NCBI GenBank assembly: GCA_050117845.1
Contig: JASFLY010000008.1
Location: 32,001 to 96,000, forward strand
Direction: 5' to 3'
Length of the DNA stretch: 64,000 bases
From: Candidatus Zixiibacteriota bacterium
GTDB lineage: Bacteria > RBG-13-66-14 > B26-G2 > WVWN01
The notes beneath the pieces were generated by a model. It saw nothing but the letters and a program-made list of their open reading frames with translations, ran no database searches and was not told the DNA's origin. This document shows, in pieces, positions 41,274-51,078 of the stretch (within the stretch, counting starts at the first letter, position 1; each line of letters opens with the position of its first letter). The translations under genes and the position numbers were made by a program.

Positions 41274-43769
41274 ATGGAAGAATACTTCTCGAATCGCGCC
41301 CAGGAGGCCGTACGCTCCGCGCAGGAGACGGCCAAGGCCCTGGGCGCCGGCCAGATTGGAACCGACCACCTCCTCGTCGGCATCGCCCGCGACCGCGGCT
41401 CCATCGCCGCCCGGGCCCTCGGCGCCGTCGGCCTCGACTTCGACCGCCTGACCGCCGCCGTCCAGCAGCTCGCGCCGTCAAGGCCGGGAGCGGAGCCGGG
41501 CGCCGTCATCGAGTTCGCCCCCGACGCCAAGCGCGCCATCCAGCACGCCGTGGACGAGGCCCAGCGCCTCAAGGCCCAGCTCGTCGGGACCGAACACCTG
41601 CTGCTGGGCGTCCTGCACGAGACCGCCGGGGCGGGTGTCAAGGTCCTCGTCTCCTCCGGCGCGGACCCGAAGGTCGTCGCCGACAAGTGCTACGAACTCA
41701 TGGGCGCGACGCCTTCCGGCGCGTTCGGCGCCGACGCCGACTCCAAGACGCCGGCGCTCGACGCCTTCGGCCGGGACCTGACCGCGCTCGCCCGCGACGG
41801 CAAGCTCGACCCCGTCATAGGCCGGGACAAGGAGATAGAGCGCTGCATCCAGATCCTCTCCCGCCGCACCAAGAACAACCCCGTCCTCATCGGCGACCCG
41901 GGCGTGGGGAAGACCGCCATCGTCGAGGGCCTGGCCCAGGCCATAGCCGGCCGCCAGGTCCCCGAGATCCTGGTGGATAAAAAAGTAATCCAGCTCGACC
42001 TCGCCGGCCTCGTGGCCGGAACGAAGTTCCGCGGCGAGTTCGAGGAACGCCTGAAGAGCGTCGTCGACGAGATAATCGCCGGCGGCGACGTCATACTCTT
42101 CATCGACGAGATGCACACCCTCGTCGGCGCGGGGGCGGCCGAGGGCGCCATCGACGCCGCCAACATCCTCAAGCCGGCGCTGGCCCGGGGCGAGCTCCAG
42201 GCCGTGGGGGCGACCACCCTCGACGAGTACCGCAAGTACGTCGAGAAGGACGCCGCGCTCGAGCGCCGCTTCCAGCCCGTCATCGTCGACGAGCCGTCGG
42301 TAGATGAGACCATCGCCATCCTGGAGGGCCTGCGGGACCGCTACGCCGCCCACCATCACGTGACCATTTCGGACGAGGCGCTGGCCGCGGCGGCCCGCCT
42401 CTCCGCCCGCTACATCGCCGACCGCTTCCTCCCCGACAAGGCCATAGACCTCATCGACGAGGCCTCGGCCAAGGTCCACCTGGCGAATCTCACCATCCCG
42501 CCGGACCTCGCCGCCACGCAGGCCGAGGTCGACCGCCTCAACCGGGAGAAGGAGGAGGCCATCGCCCGCAACGACTTCGAGGCCGCGAACCAGGCCCACG
42601 TCAAGGCGCTGGAACTACAGGCCAAGCTGGACGGCGCCCGGGCGGAGTGGGAACGCGTCAAGGCCGAGAAGCAGGAAGAGGCGGTCGTAACGCGGGAGCA
42701 CGTGGCCGAGGTCCTCTCCAGCTGGACGGGGATACCCGTGTCCGAGCTGACCGAGGAGGAACAGGCGCGGCTCCTTCGGATGGAGGATGAACTGCACCGC
42801 CGCCTCGTCGATCAGGAGGAGGCCGTACGGACGGTGTCGCAGGCGGTGCGGAGCGCCCGGGCGGGGCTAAAAGACCCCAACCAGCCGGTGGGGACCTTCA
42901 TCTTCCTGGGACCCACGGGCGTGGGCAAGACCGAACTCGCGAAAGCGCTGGCCGAGTTCCTCTACGGCGACGAGGAAGCCATCATCCGCATCGACATGTC
43001 GGAGTACCAGGAACGCCACACGGTCTCGCGGCTCGTCGGCGCGCCGCCGGGGTACGTCGGCTACGAGGAGGGCGGCCAGTTAACGGAGCGCGTGCGGCGG
43101 CGTCCCTACTCCGTTATATTGTTGGATGAAATAGAAAAGGCTCACCCCGACGTCTTCAACATCCTGCTGCAGGTGATGGACGACGGCCGCCTGACCGACA
43201 GCCACGGCAAGACGGTGGACTTCAAGAACGCCCTGCTCATCATGACCTCCAACGTCGGCGCCGACCGGATAATGAAGCTCTCGGAGCGGGCCCAAGTGGA
43301 CAAGGAAGCGGCCCTCTACGAGAAGATGAAGGAGGAGGTCTTCGAGGAGGTCAAGGCGGTATTCCGGCCCGAGTTTATAAACCGCGTCGACGACGTCATC
43401 GTCTTCCACGCGCTGAGCCGCGAGGACCTGGTGCAGATAGTAGACCTGTTGGTGGCCAAGGTGCGGCGCCGGCTGGCCGACCAGGAGATGGACCTGGAGG
43501 TCTCGCCGGAGGCCCGGGAGCACCTGGCCGAGGAGGGTTACGACCCGGCCTTCGGCGCCAGGCCGCTGCGCCGCCTCATAACCCGCGTGCTGGCCAACCC
43601 CATCGCCAACCGCATCCTCAACCGCGACTTCGGCCCGGGCGACACCATCGAGGTAGGCTTCAAGGACGGCGAGCTAACGTTAAATAAAAGTAAAACGAAG
43701 AAGGCCAAGGTAGATACTAAGAAGGAAGCGGACGGAGAGGAAGTCATCGAGGGCGAAGTGGTGGACTGA
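41274..43769 (+). CDS. clpC: ATP-dependent Clp protease ATPase, ClpC type
   Basis: Two Clp-N repeats, [31 protein letters not shown]. Confidence 0.93.
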   Translation: MEEYFSNRAQEAVRSAQETAKALGAGQIGTDHLLVGIARDRGSIAARALGAVGLDFDRLTAAVQQLAPSRPGAEPGAVIEFAPDAKRAIQHAVDEAQRLKAQLVGTEHLLLGVLHETAGAGVKVLVSSGADPKVVADKCYELMGATPSGAFGADADSKTPALDAFGRDLTALARDGKLDPVIGRDKEIERCIQILSRRTKNNPVLIGDPGVGKTAIVEGLAQAIAGRQVPEILVDKKVIQLDLAGLVAGTKFRGEFEERLKSVVDEIIAGGDVILFIDEMHTLVGAGAAEGAIDAANILKPALARGELQAVGATTLDEYRKYVEKDAALERRFQPVIVDEPSVDETIAILEGLRDRYAAHHHVTISDEALAAAARLSARYIADRFLPDKAIDLIDEASAKVHLANLTIPPDLAATQAEVDRLNREKEEAIARNDFEAANQAHVKALELQAKLDGARAEWERVKAEKQEEAVVTREHVAEVLSSWTGIPVSELTEEEQARLLRMEDELHRRLVDQEEAVRTVSQAVRSARAGLKDPNQPVGTFIFLGPTGVGKTELAKALAEFLYGDEEAIIRIDMSEYQERHTVSRLVGAPPGYVGYEEGGQLTERVRRRPYSVILLDEIEKAHPDVFNILLQVMDDGRLTDSHGKTVDFKNALLIMTSNVGADRIMKLSERAQVDKEAALYEKMKEEVFEEVKAVFRPEFINRVDDVIVFHALSREDLVQIVDLLVAKVRRRLADQEMDLEVSPEAREHLAEEGYDPAFGARPLRRLITRVLANPIANRILNRDFGPGDTIEVGFKDGELTLNKSKTKKAKVDTKKEADGEEVIEGEVVD

Positions 43770-43805
43770 GGTAGTCCGCCGGATAATCCGAAGGGGGTAC
43801 GAACG

Positions 43806-44396
43806 ATGCGTATAGTAATCGCGGTAGCGGCGGCGTGGGCCGTCGCGGTAGGCGTGGGGACGGCCAAGGATTTCGTGAACGAGGATTTCGAAGGGACGTT
43901 TCCCCCGCCGGGGTGGACCACTTTCTACGAGGGCACCGGCGACGCCAGTTGGTCGCTCGCTTACGGCGGGCCGGGGGGCCGGTACGCCCTCGGGGGGACC
44001 TCCAGTTGGGAGCAAGGGTTGGTCCGGGCCACGTTCATGTCTCCCGAATTCGAAGTCAAGGCCAACACGCGCGTCTATTACCGGTTCGATTACGACCACC
44101 ACGAGAACGGCCACAGCGGCGGCGGGGCCGATTTTTATATTACGTACGTCCAACCGTCCCAGGGCAACCTGGTTTACGTGCCGCTGGAGTCGACGTCCGA
44201 TTGGGAGGAGCGCAGCGGAGACCTCAAAAACGACCTCAACGCGACCGCGAAGGCCTGCTGGCGGGTATGGACGACCAATTACTGGCGCTACCATTTCTCC
44301 TTCCTCATGGTCGACGGCGTGATTATCTCGGACGACGCGCGCTACCCGGGCGTGGAGCCGAATTCGCTGGGCCGGGTCAAGGCGCTGTTCCGGTAG
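43806..44396 (+). CDS. Secreted beta-sandwich (MAM/cleaved-adhesin-like) protein with conserved C-terminal tail (VEPNSLGRVKALFR)
   Basis: Signal peptide; EDFEGTFPPPGWT N-terminal and VDGVII C-terminal strands. Confidence 0.72.
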   Translation: MRIVIAVAAAWAVAVGVGTAKDFVNEDFEGTFPPPGWTTFYEGTGDASWSLAYGGPGGRYALGGTSSWEQGLVRATFMSPEFEVKANTRVYYRFDYDHHENGHSGGGADFYITYVQPSQGNLVYVPLESTSDWEERSGDLKNDLNATAKACWRVWTTNYWRYHFSFLMVDGVIISDDARYPGVEPNSLGRVKALFR

Positions 44397-44480
44397 GGAG
44401 AAGTCCGAAAGAAGAGGAAGCAATCCGCCCGGGGGGCCGCGGCGGGAGGTTAAACGTAACGAAATCGAAGGGGGAACGAG

Positions 44481-45053
44481 ATGAGGCGGGGAAAAGTATT
44501 AACGGCGATCGTGGCGTCGGCGCTGGCGGCGGGTGCCGCCTCGGCTACGACGTACCTGGACGAGGACTTCCACGCGAACCAGATGCCGACCGGATGGTCG
44601 GCCAAGACGAGCGGAAGCGGATCCGTCGCTTACGGGTTTATCTACGAGGAATATACGGCGTCAGTTCTGGTAAACGACGGGCAAGCCGGTACGGTGGAGT
44701 TAACGTCGTTCGAGATGACGGTGCCCGCGGGCACTTTGTATTACTCGTTCGAATACTACTCGTACGCCATGGGCTCGGGCACTATCCGGGGGGAGTTCGC
44801 CGCGGAATACGCGGGGACCTCGACCGAAATCTACCGCGACTCGTTGTCCGGCGGCAGCCGGCACGTCGAGGCCGGGTCGTTTTACGTCGCCGAGCCGGGG
44901 ACGATAGTAGTGGTCTGGGTATACCGCGGCGGCGCGGCTCCGGGGCGGTACGCGGAAGGCGAGATGTTCATGGATGACGCCGTCATAACGGACGTGCCGA
45001 ACGCGGGCGTGGACCCCAGCTCGCTCGGCCGCGTCCGGGCGCTGTTCCGGTAA
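44481..45053 (+). CDS. Secreted paralog with conserved C-terminal tail (VDPSSLGRVRALFR)
   Basis: Signal peptide; EDFHANQMPTGWS..MDDAVIT. Confidence 0.72.
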   Translation: MRRGKVLTAIVASALAAGAASATTYLDEDFHANQMPTGWSAKTSGSGSVAYGFIYEEYTASVLVNDGQAGTVELTSFEMTVPAGTLYYSFEYYSYAMGSGTIRGEFAAEYAGTSTEIYRDSLSGGSRHVEAGSFYVAEPGTIVVVWVYRGGAAPGRYAEGEMFMDDAVITDVPNAGVDPSSLGRVRALFR

Positions 45054-45102
45054 GCGGTGGCCGAAAGCACTTTCATTAATCCCGGGTTCCAAGGAGGAAT
45101 CA

Positions 45103-45756
45103 ATGGCCGACTACGACACGGAGCAGGTGCATAAGGACACCATCGAGTATTATCGGCTGACGCTGGCCCAGCACGAGAAGGACCCCCACGCCGTCGAGAC
45201 GGCGAAGGCCGACCGGGCCGTCCTCGAGATGGTCCGCGAGACCCCCGGCGTCGTCGAGATGAACAGCAAGATGATGGAAGGGGGCCTCGCGTTCGCCGTC
45301 GCTCGGGCGATGTCGGTGGACGGCGCCAACTTCCAGGCCGACGTATACGAGGAACTCGAGGAGGGGCCGTTGGCCGAACGCTGGCGCGCTCGCGCCGGGG
45401 CCCTGGCGGCCTCCGGCGACATGAACGAGCTCTACGCTATCTCCGAGAAGATGGACGCGGAGGAAGCCCCGACCAAGGAGAACGAGAGCCGGGCCAAATC
45501 GCTCATCCCGACGATTATCGAGAAGCTGCTTTTGGTGGAGGCGAGCCCGCCCGGCACCGGCCTCGACGAGCAGCCGATGACGACGCTCACGGCCTCGCTC
45601 GACGAACTGGCCCAGCGGTTCCCCGGCGTTCGCTTCCCGGACGCGCTCGACCTGCCGCGCTTCCGTACCCGGCTGGTCTATTCCGATGGGCAGATTAAAA
45701 GGCTGGTCGAGCTGTTCGAGAAAGTCAATGCCGAACGGCTGGGGGGGCGGTACTAA
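45103..45756 (+). CDS. Hypothetical protein
   Basis: AGGAGG RBS; typical codon pattern; TAATG coupling to the next gene. Confidence 0.7.
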   Translation: MADYDTEQVHKDTIEYYRLTLAQHEKDPHAVETAKADRAVLEMVRETPGVVEMNSKMMEGGLAFAVARAMSVDGANFQADVYEELEEGPLAERWRARAGALAASGDMNELYAISEKMDAEEAPTKENESRAKSLIPTIIEKLLLVEASPPGTGLDEQPMTTLTASLDELAQRFPGVRFPDALDLPRFRTRLVYSDGQIKRLVELFEKVNAERLGGRY

Positions 45757-47261
45757 TGGATCCGGGCGTGAAGCAGATGATCGACGGCCTCAAGATGGGA
45801 GTGGACGCCCAGTCCTCGATGGTCAGCGACAAAAGTAGGTTGGACGACGTTCGGGCCGTAATAGGCCGGATGGAAGAGGTCGCCGCCGAGCCGGGCATGG
45901 ATATGATGAAGTTCCAGGAGCGCATAAACGCCGAGGGCCTGATGGATAAATACGGCCAGGCCATGGCCGCCCTCAGCGAGGTACAGGTCGCGGCGATGGA
46001 CCAGAAGATAGAGGAGATGGAGGATTACGCCGCGGAAGCGAAGCCGATCGACCTCGAGACGCTGGACATCACCGATATCGAAATCGTCCTCGGCCCCCAC
46101 CGCCAGGTATACAACACGACCGTGAAGGACAACGATACGCTGCCGCACCAGAAGGCCGCGTACGAGGCGTTCTTCGCGCTGGGGAAAGAGTGCGCGACCA
46201 TTCCCGAGTTCAACCGCCGGTCCAAGGCCGAGGGCTACCAGGACCAGCTGGGCCTCGCCGGCGTCTGGGACGGCAATTACAACACCTTCCGGCTGGAGGT
46301 GACGCACAAACAGCCGGACATGATAACGTACGGCCTGGACGCGCTCACCGCCGTCGGCGATTACCCTTCCCCGGAAATGCTGGCCTACGCGCTCAACCGC
46401 CTCGCTCTTCTCAACGAGCGGACCCTCGCGCGGCGGGCCAGTCTCTTCGAACCGTTCAACGGCTTCGGCGGCGAATTGTCGTCGTACCTCATCCTCGTAC
46501 ATACGGAGGAGCAGCGGCAGAAGGTCGTCAACATGTACGGCCTGCAGGAGGAGTTCACCGGCCTCGATTTCGACGCGGCGACGTACCATCCCTACTTCCG
46601 CCAACTCCTGGTGCTGGACGACGCCCGCCAGCGCGGCGAGCTGGGCCCCGACTACCTGGGCGTCATCCCCTTCCTCCGGGCCGGCTGGTTCACCGACGCC
46701 TGCCTCTCGCCCGAGGAGAAGAAGGCCTTCGCGGATAAGAAAGAGATCCCTCGGCCTCCCGCCCTCCGCTACCCGTATCGCACCGGGCCGGTGGGCGGCG
46801 TCAACGTGACGCTGGCGGAACCGCCGTTCGCGAACCCCTTCGACTCGCCCTTCCCGGCCCGCGTGACCATAACGAACAAGGCCGCCGAGGGCCGGCCCCT
46901 GGATACGACCAAGGGCCTGCGCATGTGGGTCTTCACCGAGGACGGCGCCGAGGCAAAGAAGGTGCCGGTGGAGCTGCCGGCCGAACTCGCGCCGGGGGCC
47001 TCGGAGACGGTCGAGGGCGACCTCTTCGCGTGGGGCCTGCCGCAGGAGGAGAAGCTGTTCATGGTGGCCTTCGACGTCGGCGTAGAGGGCAACCACAAGT
47101 GCGACCTGGCCGAGAAGTACGGCAATCCGGAGGGCCTTACGCCGCCGATGATTCCGGACTTCTTTTTGGAGCCTTTCGAAGGCGGCGCCGCGACCGAACC
47201 GGCCTTCGTAATGCCGCACCGGCCCGTCCCGGCGTACCCGTTCCCGATGCCGATAGAGTAG
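45756..47261 (+). CDS. Hypothetical protein (helical N-terminus, possibly Ig-like C-terminus)
   Basis: 501-aa ORF with genome-typical codon usage, coupled to the upstream gene. Confidence 0.72.
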   Translation: MDPGVKQMIDGLKMGVDAQSSMVSDKSRLDDVRAVIGRMEEVAAEPGMDMMKFQERINAEGLMDKYGQAMAALSEVQVAAMDQKIEEMEDYAAEAKPIDLETLDITDIEIVLGPHRQVYNTTVKDNDTLPHQKAAYEAFFALGKECATIPEFNRRSKAEGYQDQLGLAGVWDGNYNTFRLEVTHKQPDMITYGLDALTAVGDYPSPEMLAYALNRLALLNERTLARRASLFEPFNGFGGELSSYLILVHTEEQRQKVVNMYGLQEEFTGLDFDAATYHPYFRQLLVLDDARQRGELGPDYLGVIPFLRAGWFTDACLSPEEKKAFADKKEIPRPPALRYPYRTGPVGGVNVTLAEPPFANPFDSPFPARVTITNKAAEGRPLDTTKGLRMWVFTEDGAEAKKVPVELPAELAPGASETVEGDLFAWGLPQEEKLFMVAFDVGVEGNHKCDLAEKYGNPEGLTPPMIPDFFLEPFEGGAATEPAFVMPHRPVPAYPFPMPIE

Positions 47262-47326
47262 GGAAAAACCGCCTAAAAAGCGTAACGGCCATCCCCGGCC
47301 GGCAACTAATAAGGCACCGGTCAAGG

Positions 47327-47385
47327 GGGAAATAGAATCGTCCGCTTCCGGTAAAAAAGCCGCCCCGACGGGGGCGGCTTTAATA
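47327..47385. repeat. 59-bp direct repeat, copy 1 (contains a terminator-like hairpin)
   Basis: Identical by eye to 47824-47882. Confidence 0.9.
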
Positions 47386-47454
47386 AAACCGAGTTAATCC
47401 ACGTTAATTTAACGAGGCCGACGTTAGTAGCGGTGAATAAGGGAGGTTCGCGTT

Positions 47455-47832
47455 ACGAAGTATCTATTAATGGGATTACCTATCGCACTTATCGCTGTAC
47501 TGATATCCTCTTGTGATGGGCCCACTTACGTTTACGCACGGCCCAGTATCCAAAGCGTTAGCGAAAACGGAGGAACCATCGAGGTCAGTTGGGAAGCGTT
47601 TAACACGGTACAATCTATTAAACGATATAGTTGGTGCGAACTTAAAGGAGGATGGGATTTCGATTTCGAAGACGCCGTTAAAAGCAGCATGTACTACGTA
47701 GACGATTCTAATTTAGTGCCCGGTACGACGTACGGGTATACCGTCTACGACGGGATTGAAGAATCGGGATTGAGGAGTATTAATTACAGAGGACCGAGGG
47801 CCGTTAAGGATGACACCAACCAAGGGAAATAG
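47455..47832 (+). CDS. Small AT-rich lipoprotein with FN3-like fragment; apparent ACG start
   Basis: GGAGG at 47442, then ACG AAG TAT CTA TTA ATG..; lipobox ISSC; YVDDSNLVPGTTYGYTV. Confidence 0.65.
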   Translation, partial: TKYLLMGLPIALIAVLISSCDGPTYVYARPSIQSVSENGGTIEVSWEAFNTVQSIKRYSWCELKGGWDFDFEDAVKSSMYYVDDSNLVPGTTYGYTVYDGIEESGLRSINYRGPRAVKDDTNQGK

Positions 47833-47882
47833 AATCGTCCGCTTCCGGTAAAAAAGCCGCCCCGACGGGGGCGGCTTTAATA
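47824..47882. repeat. 59-bp direct repeat, copy 2
   Basis: Identical by eye to 47327-47385; contains the TAG stop of the lipoprotein gene. Confidence 0.9.
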
Positions 47883-47955
47883 TTGGGACAGGGCGGCGTT
47901 AGAAGCAAAACCGCCCCCTCGCGGGGGCGGTTTACGCTAAAGAGGTGATCGTGTA

Positions 47956-48708
47956 TTATCGGAACAGCGCCTTGACGCGGCCCACGGACGAGGGCGTTAC
48001 GCCCACGCCTTCCTCTAGCATCGTCGACCGGGCTTGCTTTACTTCCTTCCCGGTCTGGTCCTGAACGAAGACCGAGACGCCGAGGTTGGCTGCGTTCCAG
48101 GTCGGGTCCAGCGCGAAAGTTGTTCCGATTTCCTCGGTCTCGTTGGCGGACGAGACCGTCACGTCCTTGGTTGCGAAGCGCCGCTCGACAAAGCGATAAT
48201 GGCCGCCTACCTGGTCCTCCCATAATACGAAGTGGCAGACGTGGCCTGCGGCCAGGGCTTCCTCGAGGGTAAGCTTAACCATTACCGAGGCCTTGTTATC
48301 GCCGTAGCTCTTGTGGACGAACTCTATCGTCAGCGGACTGGCGGCGAAACGCCGGATGTTGAATGAACTCATGTACCAGGTGTACATTTCGTCGTTGTTG
48401 GTGTACGCGCCGCGGTGCGACAAGACGCCGTCGAACCAGGTCCAGGGATATGCGTTCACGCCGTAATAACCGGCGCGTGCCTGGGCTTCCGGCGTTACGT
48501 ACAAACTCCCGCCCCTGCTATACCAGGATACGGGAGCGAACTTATCGGGGCCCTGCTCGTCGTAGATCCTACCCATCGCGTATTCTGCGAAGGGACAGTA
48601 GCCTCAATTCGTGCCCGTGAAGAACTCGGCCACGACGCCCCGTTCGGCGGCCAACGTCGGCAGCGATGCCAGCAAGAGGAGTGCGATAATCCCAAACGTC
48701 TTTTTCAT
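47956..48708 (-). CDS. Omp28-like thioredoxin-fold secreted protein, probable selenoprotein (UGYC), C-terminal tail VTPSSVGRVKALFR
   Basis: AGGAG RBS plus ATG 48708; signal peptide; in-frame TGA (48604-48606, codon 35) aligns with the first Cys of WCGYC in both neighbouring paralogs; hairpin directly downstream. Confidence 0.85.
48568..48603 (-). promoter_or_regulatory. Candidate bacterial SECIS element
   Basis: CCC-U-UCGC/AGAAUAC/GCGA-U-GGG stem-loop; loop starts 17 nt after the UGA, with G at loop position 2. Confidence 0.55.
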
Positions 48709-48968
48709 CGTTCGGCTCCTTCGTTTGAGTAATTACTACCGTTTCTCTTATATATAATAAACTGTTTTAACTCCCGAAGTCAAGCGCAATCGGCCCGTGC
48801 GGCGGCCGTCCCTCCACCGTCGCCGCTACCGAGGTAAGGGGCCGGATACGGCGCAGGTAGCGCCTCGACGTCCAAATTCCGGATATATTATAACCGAAAT
48901 AGTCATTGACGACAAGTTGTGGGCGATGTAAATGATTTAAAGGGACTTCGCGGTTCTGCTCGAGCCGG

Positions 48969-49047
48969 TAAAAGAGAGGGCCGCCCAAAAGGACGGCTCT
49001 CTCGGTTTAGGGAGGGAGGGTTCTCGGTCGGGCTAATCTCCTCCTTG
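48969..49047 (-). ncRNA. Candidate sRNA, copy 1 (CCCUCCCUCCCU motif plus intrinsic terminator)
   Basis: TTGACT-17-TAATAT promoter at 49053-49081; core shared with 51407-51450. Confidence 0.5.
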
Positions 49048-49182
49048 CTTATATATTATCAAATTGGTCATATAAAGTCAAGGAAAAAAGCGCGATCCCG
49101 AGTTATATTCTTAAACCCCGTTTCCCGAAAGGAAACCGCCCCCAAAGGGGCGGTTTCCATAACGGAGGAGACTCGATCAATC

Positions 49183-49947
49183 TTAACGGAAAAGGGTCTT
49201 TACTTTACCGAGGGACGTCGGCACGACGCTGACGCCCTCCTCGAGCATTTTGGCCCGGGCCTGTTTTATCTCTTTAGTCGTCGGGTCCTGGACGAATACC
49301 GAGATGCCGAGGTCCGCCGTCTTCCAGGCGCCGTCGAGCGTGAACGTTACGCCGATTTCCTCGGACTCGTTGGCGGCGCTTACCGTGACGTCCTTCGTTT
49401 CGAGTTTACGGGATACGAAACGATAATCATGGCCGCCGTAGGACAGGTTGTCTTCCCATAGTACGAAGTGGCAGGCGTGGCCCGCGGCCAGGGCTTCCTC
49501 GAGGGTCAGGTTAACCATGACCGAGGCCTTACCCTCGCCGTAACTGAAGTGGACGAACTCGATGGTGAGGGGGCTGGCGGCGGCCCGCCGGATGTTGAAC
49601 GAACTCATGTACCAGGTGTACATCTCCTCGTTACTCGTGTACGCGCCGCGGTGAGAAATGCTGCCGTCGCACCAGGCCCACGGGTAAGCGGTAACACCAT
49701 AATAACCCTTCCGCGCCTCAGCATCGACCGTATACCACATTCCGCTCGAGGAGGCGTGCCAGGCTACGGGGGCCCACTTGTCGGGGCCCTGTTCGTCGTA
49801 TATGCGGTTCAAAGCGTAGTTCGCGTACGGACAGTATCCGCACCAGGTAGCGGTGAACAGTTCCATTGCGACGCCGCGTTCCGCGGCGTAAAGCGCCGGG
49901 GCGCTGAGGGCCAGCGCCACGAGGATAAAAATAACTTTCCGCGCCAT
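49183..49947 (-). CDS. Omp28-like thioredoxin-fold secreted protein (CGYC), C-terminal tail VVPTSLGKVKTLFR
   Basis: Signal peptide; ELFTATWCGYCP; closely similar to 47956-48708. Confidence 0.85.
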   Translation of the reverse strand: MARKVIFILVALALSAPALYAAERGVAMELFTATWCGYCPYANYALNRIYDEQGPDKWAPVAWHASSSGMWYTVDAEARKGYYGVTAYPWAWCDGSISHRGAYTSNEEMYTWYMSSFNIRRAAASPLTIEFVHFSYGEGKASVMVNLTLEEALAAGHACHFVLWEDNLSYGGHDYRFVSRKLETKDVTVSAANESEEIGVTFTLDGAWKTADLGISVFVQDPTTKEIKQARAKMLEEGVSVVPTSLGKVKTLFR

Positions 49948-50199
49948 TACGGCTCCTTTCGTAATTCATTACGGGAGCTTGGCGCGGCGGCAAGGCCGGC
50001 TCGCGGGCCGGCGTCATTCTCTAATGATCAACGCCCACGCGCCAACTCCTAAGGGGTCCGGGTACCGTCGTCGTACGAGTCCGTACGATTGTCCGCGGTG
50101 CCGTACCTCAGGTTTTTCGGGACACGTGGGATTTCATTTCGTTCTGTTCACCTCCGTTATCTTCCGGTAGAGAATAATTATATCCGCGGCGAAAGTCAA
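49948..50199 (-). promoter_or_regulatory. Promoter plus structured leader with UGA-interrupted uORF, copy 1
   Basis: TTGACT-17-TATTCT (50171-50199); GGAGGTG; uORF 50137->50021 with TGA at codon 10; hairpins; near-identical to 51079-51330. Confidence 0.65.
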
Positions 50200-50322
50200 G
50201 CAAAAGAGTCACTATATAGGGGTCGGGGAGGGAGAATTCGGGCCGGGGCGCCGCCTCCCGATACAAACAAGGGAGCCGCCCCCAAAGGGGCGGCTCCCAT
50301 AACGGAGGAGACTCTTATATTC

Positions 50323-51078
50323 CTAACGGAAAAGCGTTTTGACCTTGCCGAGGGACGTGGGCACGACGGCGACGCCCTCCTCGAGTTTGGTCGCGCGGCC
50401 TTGTAGTACCGCCTTGCTGACCAGGTTTTGGACGAAAACGGTGACGCCGAGGTTGGCCTTGTTCCATCCGCTGTCCAACGTGAAGTCGCGTTTTATTATC
50501 TGTTCGTCGTTCGCGTTCGTGGCCGTCAGCGGTTCATAGGAAGAGCCGACCCGCTCGACGTAATTATACAACCGGCCCGACGTGATGTCGTCCTCCCAAA
50601 TCGCGACGTGGACGACGTGGCCTTCGGCGACCGCTTCCTCCAACTTTACTTCCACGGAGACCGATGCTTTTGTGCCGTCGTACGAGTTGGAGAGGAATTC
50701 GATGGTGAGGGGGCTGGGGACGGCGCGGCGGCTATCGTAGTAGGATAGGTAGTTGTTGTATGTGGAAGTACTGCCGCCGACGACTCGGTATTCCCCGTCG
50801 AATACGCAAGTGGGGTAGCCGGTAACGCCGTAGTAACTCAGGCGTGCCGCAGCTTCGGTGGTGTAGAACGGGTCGCTGGAAGAGGAATGCCAGGCTATCG
50901 GTACGAAGTTGTCTATGCCTTTTTCAGTTGCTAAAGTGCCGAGTGCATCGTCGGCGTATGGACAATAACCGCACCAGCTGGCGGTGAAGAGTTCGGCGAC
51001 GACGCCCCTCGTTGCAGCCCAAAGCGGCGTCACGGCTAACAGCGCCGCGCACGTCGCAAAAATAACTTTCCGCGCCAT
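50323..51078 (-). CDS. Omp28-like thioredoxin-fold secreted protein (CGYC), C-terminal tail VVPTSLGKVKTLFR
   Basis: Signal peptide; ELFTASWCGYCP, YYGVTGYPTCVFDG. Confidence 0.85.
   Translation of the reverse strand: MARKVIFATCAALLAVTPLWAATRGVVAELFTASWCGYCPYADDALGTLATEKGIDNFVPIAWHSSSSDPFYTTEAAARLSYYGVTGYPTCVFDGEYRVVGGSTSTYNNYLSYYDSRRAVPSPLTIEFLSNSYDGTKASVSVEVKLEEAVAEGHVVHVAIWEDDITSGRLYNYVERVGSSYEPLTATNANDEQIIKRDFTLDSGWNKANLGVTVFVQNLVSKAVLQGRATKLEEGVAVVPTSLGKVKTLFR

Noticed and set aside
47327..47882. CRISPR array or integron attC interpretation of the repeats
   Set aside because: Only two copies 497 bp apart; no cas or intI genes; no clear attC core sites
48604..48606. TGA as a simple nonsense mutation or as genome-wide UGA reassignment
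   Set aside because: The TGA falls exactly on the redox Cys and the gene is otherwise intact; TGA ends other genes here (e.g. clpC, the epimerase) and tRNA-Trp has a CCA anticodon. A pseudogene is not fully excluded.
50090..50112. T-box-like GGTACGGCACCGCG in leader copy 1
   Set aside because: Lacks the UGGN bulge, is altered in copy 2, and has no stem I or terminator
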